From Bacteroidota bacterium (lineage in GTDB: Bacteria; Bacteroidota; Bacteroidia; Bacteroidales; UBA4417), in assembly GCA_020048595.1 (NCBI GenBank), contig JAIFMH010000378.1:1-35569 (forward strand): a stretch of 35,569 bases of DNA. Direction: 5' to 3'. The notes below the pieces were generated by a model. That model saw nothing but the letters and a program-made list of their open reading frames with translations, ran no database searches and was not told the origin of the DNA. Of the stretch, positions 29,040 to 35,569 are shown in pieces. The translations under genes and the position numbers were made by a program. Within the stretch, counting starts at the first letter, position 1. Every line of letters begins with the position of its first letter.

Positions 29040-30443
29040 ATGTCCTACCTGGTAATCGTTGTAGTAATTTTTGCAATCATCATTTTCACCACTTTTGTTT
29101 CCCTCTTCAGGCGATATAAAAGGTGTCCGTCCGATAAAATACTTGTAGTTTACGGACGTACCGGACTGAATAAAGAAGGAATTAACCGCTCCGCCAAATG
29201 TATCCATGGTGGGGCAGCATTTATCTGGCCTGTTATCCAAAGTTATGCTTACCTCGACCTTACTCCTATCAGCATCGAAGTAAATCTTACCAATGCTCTC
29301 AGCCGTCAGAATATCCGCGTAGATGTACCTTCCCGGTTTACAGTTGGAATATCAACAGATCCGGCAATCATGAATAATGCTGCCGAACGTATGCTCGGAT
29401 TGCCTTTACCTGCTATTCAGGAACTAGCCAAAGACATTATCTTTGGTCAGTTGAGGCTGGTTGTTGCAACAATGGATATTGAAGAAATAAATACTGACCG
29501 GGATAAATTTTTGGCCAATGTTTCGCAAAATGTTGAAGCCGAATTACAGAAAATAGGTCTGCGGCTGATTAATGTAAATGTTACCGACATCCGCGATGAA
29601 TCAGGATATATTGAAGCTTTGGGTAAGGAAGCAGCCGCAAAGGCAATTAATGATGCCAAAAAGACTGTTGCCGAGAAAAACCGTGATGGTTCTGTAGGAG
29701 AAGCAAATGCAATGCAGGATCAACGTATCAGGGTTGCAAGTGCAAATGCTACTGCCGTTGAGGGTGAAAATACAGCCAAAATAACTATTGCACAGAGCGA
29801 CTCAGCCCGTCGTGAAAAAATGGCTGAAGCCGAACGGTTAGCAGCAGCAGCTGAGAAAGTACAAGCTGCAAAAGCACTCCAGGAATCCTATGCTGCCGAA
29901 CAAACAGCCGAAATGGCCAGATCAGAACGTGAACGTGCAACCCGAACAGCCGATATTGTTATTCCCGCTCAGATCCAAAAACAAAAAATTGAGATTGAAG
30001 CCGAAGCTCAGGCTGAACAAACCCGAAGAGTAGCAAAGGGTGATGCTGATGCAGTACTTCTGAATAAACAAGCCGAAGGACAAGGTATATACGAAGTGTT
30101 AAGCAAACAAGCTGCCGGATTCGAAAAACTGGTTGAAGCCGCCAATAACAATACACGGGATGCCGTTCTGATGCTTATCGCCGACAGGCTTCCCGAAATT
30201 ATAAAAACGCAGGTAGAAGCTATTAGTAATATCAAAATCGATAAAGTAACGGTTTGGGATAACCTTTCCGCCGGAGCTGACGGCAGAACACCAGCTACTG
30301 CAAATTTCCTGTCTGGCATGCTTAAATCAATTCCACCTCTCGACGATATTTTCAAGTCGGCAGGCATTGAACTCCCTTCATACCTGAAAGGAGAAGAAAA
30401 ACTTACAGAAATTAATCAACCCTCCGAAGATACTAAAGAGTAA
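29040..30443 (+). CDS. Flotillin-like SPFH/band-7 protein
   Basis: N-terminal TM; RYKRCPSDKILVVYG, GGAAFIWPVIQ, GQLRLVVATMDIEEINTDRDKF, GLRLINVNVTDI; AE-rich coiled coil; IKIDKVTVWD. Confidence 0.92.
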   Translation: MSYLVIVVVIFAIIIFTTFVSLFRRYKRCPSDKILVVYGRTGLNKEGINRSAKCIHGGAAFIWPVIQSYAYLDLTPISIEVNLTNALSRQNIRVDVPSRFTVGISTDPAIMNNAAERMLGLPLPAIQELAKDIIFGQLRLVVATMDIEEINTDRDKFLANVSQNVEAELQKIGLRLINVNVTDIRDESGYIEALGKEAAAKAINDAKKTVAEKNRDGSVGEANAMQDQRIRVASANATAVEGENTAKITIAQSDSARREKMAEAERLAAAAEKVQAAKALQESYAAEQTAEMARSERERATRTADIVIPAQIQKQKIEIEAEAQAEQTRRVAKGDADAVLLNKQAEGQGIYEVLSKQAAGFEKLVEAANNNTRDAVLMLIADRLPEIIKTQVEAISNIKIDKVTVWDNLSAGADGRTPATANFLSGMLKSIPPLDDIFKSAGIELPSYLKGEEKLTEINQPSEDTKE

Positions 30444-30463
30444 TTCCATTGGATTTAATTAGT

Positions 30464-30500
30464 AAGCCGGGTAAGAGTTTTTTTACCCGGCTTTTTTTTT
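30464..30500 (+). terminator. Intrinsic terminator after flotillin
   Basis: AAGCCGGGTAA-loop-TTACCCGGC followed by T9. Confidence 0.88.
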
Positions 30501-30735
30501 ACAAACAGAAAAGCAATATCTGCATAGTTTTAATAACCAGATGTGCTAAAACAGTAGTTTTCAGTTTGCCGTAAGCACCAATTCTGCTATTAAATTTACA
30601 TATTATTTTCTGATACAAAGGTCTTGAAAAATTAAATTTTGTTCCAGGATGCTGAAGTGTCAAGCAAACCAGAAATAATTATAGATTTTAGCAGATGAAT
30701 TACTGCCTAAAGTTGGATTTTCAACAAATTGTAAT

Positions 30736-30743
30736 TAAATTTG
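30736..30743 (+). promoter_or_regulatory. Putative -7 promoter box for the NYN gene
   Basis: TAAATTTG, ~173 nt upstream of ATG 30917. Confidence 0.45.
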
Positions 30744-30916
30744 TGGCACTTGAAAAGAGTACGAGCTGCAATCTCAGTGAATAATCTTATGACATTTCTA
30801 CAACATATATTATACACAGGTACACTTAGAGGGAATTAACAATTTAACAAGGTTGATGTTATTCAGGTAGATTTTATATCACAACCTTTTCGTGTAATTA
30901 TTTTATACATCATTCG

Positions 30917-31603
30917 ATGGAAGAAAAAATCAAAAAAATCGGACTGTTCATTGATGGAACTTTCTTTCTGAAGGTCAATTCATATTACAGGTATCACCAT
31001 GAGCGCAAAAGCACTATTAACTTTAATGGTCTTGCTGAATTTCTGCGCGACGAAATTTCAAAACTCGAAAATTCAGAAAAACGTTATTGTCAGGTTGTTG
31101 AAACCCACTGGTTTCGCGGACGTTATTCAACAAGTCAGCTTGAAAAAAAATATCCTGACGAATCGTACCGCTTAACTCAAATGACAAATGAGCGTCGTAT
31201 AGACGACATTTTCATGTATGAAGGAATTACCACACACAACTACCCGCTTTTAGTTGACTCCCGCACAGGAGAAGCTGAAGAAAAAGGTATTGATGTATGG
31301 TTCTCTCTCGAAACATATGAACTCACCCTTATTAAAGAATTGGATGTAGTTGTTATCATTGCAGGCGACACCGATTATGTGCCTCTTATCAAAAAGATTA
31401 ACAGCCGGGGCTGCAGAGTTATGGTACTTGGATGGGATTTCTCATACGAATCAACCTCTGCTGCAGGACGTTCATATAAAGTTACCACACGCACAAGCCA
31501 GGCTTTGATTGACGAATGCGTGTATCCTCTTATGATGGATAAACGAATTGACGACCGTACAAGTAAAAACGATCCGATTGTGAACTCGTTATTCAACGTA
31601 TAA
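30917..31603 (+). CDS. NYN-domain (LabA/DUF88, PIN-like) putative RNase
   Basis: Acidic active-site motifs IGLFIDG, EEKGIDV, IIAGDTDYVPL; also GCRVMVLGW and TSQALIDE. Confidence 0.9.
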   Translation: MEEKIKKIGLFIDGTFFLKVNSYYRYHHERKSTINFNGLAEFLRDEISKLENSEKRYCQVVETHWFRGRYSTSQLEKKYPDESYRLTQMTNERRIDDIFMYEGITTHNYPLLVDSRTGEAEEKGIDVWFSLETYELTLIKELDVVVIIAGDTDYVPLIKKINSRGCRVMVLGWDFSYESTSAAGRSYKVTTRTSQALIDECVYPLMMDKRIDDRTSKNDPIVNSLFNV

Positions 31604-31634
31604 TAATCACTCTTTTTATCGTTAAAGCGCATAT

Positions 31635-31670
31635 AAAACAGTAGCTATTTAATTAGTTACTGTTTTTTTT
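31635..31670 (+). terminator. Intrinsic terminator after the NYN gene
   Basis: AAAACAGTAGCTA-loop-TAGTTACTG followed by a T-run. Confidence 0.75.
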
Positions 31671-31822
31671 ATTCATTTTGTAACCACAATCAGACTTGAA
31701 GGCCGAATGAATCGGATATTTGGTTTAAAAAGTTAACTAATAGATAATTTTATTTTGTGAATACACTAAAACAGAATATTTTAAAAAACGCTTATCTTTA
31801 CTATCGAACCTAATTCATTGAT

Positions 31823-32110
31823 ATGAAACAACTGCTGATTGCATTAGTATTTATTGCCAGTGTCGCCTGTTCAACACAATTGTACATTCCAACAGAAGTA
31901 AATGTAAACAAGGTTGAACCAGCTACTTTAACTGAACTTCAACAAGGCCATGATTTGTATCAGAACAAATGTGGCAAATGCCACAAATTACCAAAACCAG
32001 CTAGTCATACAAATCCTGAGTGGACCAAAGTACTACAGGTTATGGCACCAAAAGCCAAGCTTAATACGGAACAGTCAGAACTGATTTACAAATATCTTGT
32101 TAACCGTTAA
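31823..32110 (+). CDS. Small lipoprotein monoheme cytochrome c
   Basis: 95 aa, lipobox SVA-C16, heme motif CGKCH (31970-31984), candidate distal Met in W..VLQVMAPKA. Confidence 0.82.
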   Translation: MKQLLIALVFIASVACSTQLYIPTEVNVNKVEPATLTELQQGHDLYQNKCGKCHKLPKPASHTNPEWTKVLQVMAPKAKLNTEQSELIYKYLVNR

Positions 32111-32147
32111 AAATAAAAGAGGCTTCCGAAAAGAGCCTCTTTTATTT
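32111..32147. terminator. Bidirectional terminator between the convergent cytochrome c and DUF3467 genes
   Basis: AAATAAAAGAGGCT-loop-AGCCTCTTTTATTT. Confidence 0.85.
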
Positions 32148-32162
32148 CGTTAAAACTAAATA

Positions 32163-32486
32163 CTAAGCCTGCCCGGCGGGCCCACTCAACTGAAAAGGAT
32201 AATCGCCACCTTCAGTTTCCTTAATAGTTCCATGTACTGATTCAAATTTACTGATATTATCCTTTAACGCCCGGTACAAACGCTTGGCATGCTGCGGAGT
32301 AAGTATGATACGCGATTTAACTTTTGCTTTAGGAACTCCCGGCATCAGCTTAATAAAATCAACCACAAACTCTGAATTGGAATGTGTGATTACCGCCAGA
32401 TTTGAATAAATACCCTCACTTACCTCATCGGAAAGCTCGATATTGATCTGGTTCGGATTCTGGTTCTTAGGATCATTCATATCCAT
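32163..32486 (-). CDS. DUF3467 family protein
   Basis: QINIEL...EGIYSNLAVITHSNSEFVVDF...MPGVPKAKVKSRIILTPQHAKRL; located directly downstream of rpoC as is usual in Bacteroidota. Confidence 0.88.
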   Translation of the reverse strand: MDMNDPKNQNPNQINIELSDEVSEGIYSNLAVITHSNSEFVVDFIKLMPGVPKAKVKSRIILTPQHAKRLYRALKDNISKFESVHGTIKETEGGDYPFQLSGPAGQA

Positions 32487-32524
32487 ATGATTATCTGTTT
32501 AATTTGGTGCAAAATTGTTGTTCC

Positions 32525-32568
32525 AAAAAGAAGGGGAAACTGATCAATTGTGTTGATTCAGTTTCCCC
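32525..32568 (-). terminator. Intrinsic terminator after rpoC
   Basis: Minus strand GGGGAAACTGAATCAAC...TTGATCAGTTTCCCC followed by TTCTTTTT. Confidence 0.8.
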
Positions 32569-32589
32569 GTATAAAATCTGAGATTAAAA

Positions 32590-35569
32590 TTATTCAGCTT
32601 TTGAAGCCAGCATTCGGTCATACTCTTCGCGCGAACCTACAATAAGGTGTTCGTACTCGCGTAAACCAGTTCCTGCCGGAATCAGATGACCAACAATTAC
32701 ATTCTCTTTCAATCCAAGAAGCTCATCACTCTTCGACTGAATAGATGCCTGTGTAAGAACTTTGGTTGTTTCCTGGAAGGAAGCAGCCGAAATCCAGCTA
32801 CGAACCTGCAGAGAAGCCCTGGTTATACCTTGCAGCACTTGTTTTGCAGTAGCTGAATTGGCGTCCCGTGATTCCACCTGCTTCTTGTCCCTGCGTTTGA
32901 GTAATGAATTTTCATCACGCAGCTTACGTGCACTTATAATCTGACCTGATTTAAGCGTAGTGCTGTCACCACAATCTTCAACAACTTTTTTGCCGAAAAT
33001 CCAGTCGTTTTCTTCGTTGAAATCAATCTTGTTAACCAATTCTCCTTCGAGGAATTTAGTATCACCAGGATCAACAACTTCAACCTTACGCATCATCTGC
33101 CGAACAATAACTTCATAGTGCTTATCATTAATCTTAACACCTTGCAGACGGTAAACTTCCTGTATTTCGTTTACAATATATTCCTGAACTTTCATCGGAC
33201 CTTTAATAGCCAGAATATCAGCAGGAGTAATAGCACCGTCAGAAAGTGGAGTACCGGCACGAACATAATCGTTTTCCTGTGCCAGAATCTGTTTTGAAGT
33301 AGAAATCAGGTAACTACGCTCTTCACCGGTTTTGGAGGTGATGATAATTTCGCGGTTACCACGTTTCAGTTTTTTACCAAATGTAACAACTCCGTCGATT
33401 TCAGAAACAACAGCTGGGTCAGATGGATTACGCGCTTCGAATAACTCGGTTACCCGTGGCAAACCTCCTGTGATATCACCTGTTTTACCTACTGCACGAG
33501 GAATCTTAACCAGTACATCACCAGCCTTGATAACTTTGCCTTCTTCGATCTGTAAGTGGGATCCAACCGGAAGGTCATAGTTTTTCAATTCATCACCATC
33601 ACTGGAAAAAATCTTCATTGAAGGATTCTTGCCTTTAACACGTGACTCAATGATTACTTTCTCCTGGTAGCCAGTTTGCTCATCAGCTTCAACTTTAAAA
33701 GTAACACCTTCAGTAATGTTATCAAATCCCAGTTTACCGTCAACTTCTGAAAGAATTACAGCATTGTATGGATCCCATTCTGTAATAAGGTCTCCTTTTT
33801 TAACTGTTGCTCCATTTTCAAAATAGAGATTCGATGCATATGGAATATGTCCCGAAGCCAGGATAATACCTGTTAACGGATCTATGATTCGCATCTCAGC
33901 TGAACGACCAAGTACGATTTGGTATGTACGTCCTTCATTGTTTTTATAATCAACAGAACGGAGTTCATCTATTTCAATTAATCCGTTATATTTTGCAACA
34001 ATACGTGAGGCAGATGCTATATTCGCACCTGCAACACCGCCCACGTGGAAAGTACGCAATGTAAGCTGTGTACCAGGTTCCCCGATTGATTGTGCAGCAA
34101 TAACACCTACAGCTTCACCCTTTTGTACCATTCTACCGGTAGCAAGGTTACGACCATAACACCTGGCGCAAACTCCTTGCTTGGATTCGCAGGTAAGTAC
34201 TGAACGAATTTCAACTGACTCTATCGGCGAATCTTCAATAATAGTACAGATTTCCTCAGTAAGCTCATGGCCGGCTGAAGCAATAAGTTCGCCTGTATGA
34301 GGATGATAGATATCATGCAACGTTACACGACCAAGAATACGATCATAGAGCGATTCAACAAGTTCCTCATTCTTTTTCAGAGCTGATGTAATACGTCCAC
34401 GCAATGTACCGCAGTCAGGTTCCGAAATAATAACATCCTGAGCAACATCTACCAAACGACGGGTAAGGTAACCTGCATCAGCTGTTTTAAGAGCAGTATC
34501 GGCAAGACCTTTACGAGCTCCGTGAGTTGAAATAAAATACTCAAGTACCGAAAGTCCTTCTTTCAGGTTGGAGAGAATAGGATTCTCGATAATTTCACCA
34601 CCTGTTGCTCCGGATTTCTGAGGTTTTGCCATCAGTCCGCGCATACCTGAAAGCTGCCTGATCTGTTCCTTCGATCCACGGGCTCCTGAATCCAGCATCA
34701 TAAATGCCGGGTTGAAACCCTGGTTATCGGTCGAAAGATCGCTCATAACCTTTTTAGTAAGGTTCGAGTTTGTATGGGTCCAGATATCAATAATCTGATT
34801 GTACCTTTCGTTGTTGGTAATGAATCCCATGTTATAGTTACTCATTACTTCTTCAACTTCGATATTGGCTTTATGAATCAGCTCTTCTTTCAATTTCGGA
34901 ACAAGAACATCGCCCAGGTTAAATGAAAGACAACCTTTGAAAGCCATTGTAAATCCTAAGCTTTTGATATCATCAAGGAAGCGGGCTGCTTTGGCAGTTC
35001 CTGTTTTCTTGAGAAGGTCACCAATAATATCACGAAGTGATTTTTTGGTTAAAAGCTGATTAATGAATCCATATTCAGGTGGAACTACCTGGTTGAAGAG
35101 TACACGGCCTACAGTGGTTTCGATAAGTTTCTCAACCATTACACCATTTTCCTCAACAGGTATTCTAACTTTTATCCATGAATGCAAGTCAGCCTGCTTT
35201 TCATTATAGGCAATAATAACTTCTTCAGGGGAATAAAAACTTTTACCTTCAGCTTTCATTATATGACCTGGTTCCGTTTTGCGGCCTTTGGTAATATAAT
35301 AAAGGCCTAAAACCATGTCCTGTGAAGGAACAGTAATAGGTGCACCGTTAGCCGGATTAAGAATATTGTGCGAAGCAAGCATAAGCACCTGTGCTTCCAG
35401 TATAGCAGCATTTCCTAACGGAAGATGCACAGCCATCTGGTCGCCGTCAAAGTCGGCATTAAAAGCCGTACAAACCAACGGGTGCAACTGAATTGCCTTT
35501 CCTTCAATAAGTTTTGGCTGGAAAGCCTGAATACCTAACCTGTGCAGTGTTGGTGCGCGGTTAAGCATA
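32590..35569 (-). CDS. rpoC: DNA-directed RNA polymerase beta' subunit; 5' part outside the window
   Basis: [15 protein letters not shown], catalytic [73 protein letters not shown]. Confidence 0.99.
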   Translation of the reverse strand, partial: MLNRAPTLHRLGIQAFQPKLIEGKAIQLHPLVCTAFNADFDGDQMAVHLPLGNAAILEAQVLMLASHNILNPANGAPITVPSQDMVLGLYYITKGRKTEPGHIMKAEGKSFYSPEEVIIAYNEKQADLHSWIKVRIPVEENGVMVEKLIETTVGRVLFNQVVPPEYGFINQLLTKKSLRDIIGDLLKKTGTAKAARFLDDIKSLGFTMAFKGCLSFNLGDVLVPKLKEELIHKANIEVEEVMSNYNMGFITNNERYNQIIDIWTHTNSNLTKKVMSDLSTDNQGFNPAFMMLDSGARGSKEQIRQLSGMRGLMAKPQKSGATGGEIIENPILSNLKEGLSVLEYFISTHGARKGLADTALKTADAGYLTRRLVDVAQDVIISEPDCGTLRGRITSALKKNEELVESLYDRILGRVTLHDIYHPHTGELIASAGHELTEEICTIIEDSPIESVEIRSVLTCESKQGVCARCYGRNLATGRMVQKGEAVGVIAAQSIGEPGTQLTLRTFHVGGVAGANIASASRIVAKYNGLIEIDELRSVDYKNNEGRTYQIVLGRSAEMRIIDPLTGIILASGHIPYASNLYFENGATVKKGDLITEWDPYNAVILSEVDGKLGFDNITEGVTFKVEADEQTGYQEKVIIESRVKGKNPSMKIFSSDGDELKNYDLPVGSHLQIEEGKVIKAGDVLVKIPRAVGKTGDITGGLPRVTELFEARNPSDPAVVSEIDGVVTFGKKLKRGNREIIITSKTGEERSYLISTSKQILAQENDYVRAGTPLSDGAITPADILAIKGPMKVQEYIVNEIQEVYRLQGVKINDKHYEVIVRQMMRKVEVVDPGDTKFLEGELVNKIDFNEENDWIFGKKVVEDCGDSTTLKSGQIISARKLRDENSLLKRRDKKQVESRDANSATAKQVLQGITRASLQVRSWISAASFQETTKVLTQASIQSKSDELLGLKENVIVGHLIPAGTGLREYEHLIVGSREEYDRMLASKAE

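Noticed and set aside
28382-31603. Flotillin/NfeD plus NYN as one defence or RNA-decay system
   Set aside because: A strong terminator and a 470-nt gap separate them, and NfeD-flotillin pairs are a known standalone module.
1-35569. tRNA/rRNA, IS elements, integrases, prophage genes, selenocysteine recoding in AOR
   Set aside because: No such motifs were seen by eye, and the AOR frame has no in-frame TGA within the window.

Overview
Core-chromosome window of a Bacteroidota bacterium, probably an anaerobic Bacteroidales. The evidence is recurring TAnnTTTG promoter boxes, a T9SS cargo protein, a TonB receptor/DUF4249 locus and rpoC followed by DUF3467. From left to right: a tungsten/molybdopterin aldehyde:ferredoxin oxidoreductase-family gene that the ORF track missed (runs off the left edge); an exported hypothetical; and a 7.6-kb five-gene envelope operon. 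That operon holds an exported protein, an STN-bearing TonB-dependent receptor, two paralogous DUF4249-type lipoproteins, and a macroglobulin-like/plug-like mosaic protein. Next come a thrombospondin type-3 repeat T9SS protein, AsmA-like, aroC, DUF349, PlpD-like patatin, a Cys/Met PLP lyase, a DUF2179-type membrane protein and tricorn protease. The window ends with an OM beta-barrel plus partner, NfeD-like/flotillin, a NYN (LabA/DUF88) nuclease, a lipoprotein cytochrome c, DUF3467 and the 3' part of rpoC. I saw no tRNA, rRNA, CRISPR array or mobile element. The best candidate for an uncharacterised system is the 3422-11031 operon. All family calls are from motif recognition, not database searches.
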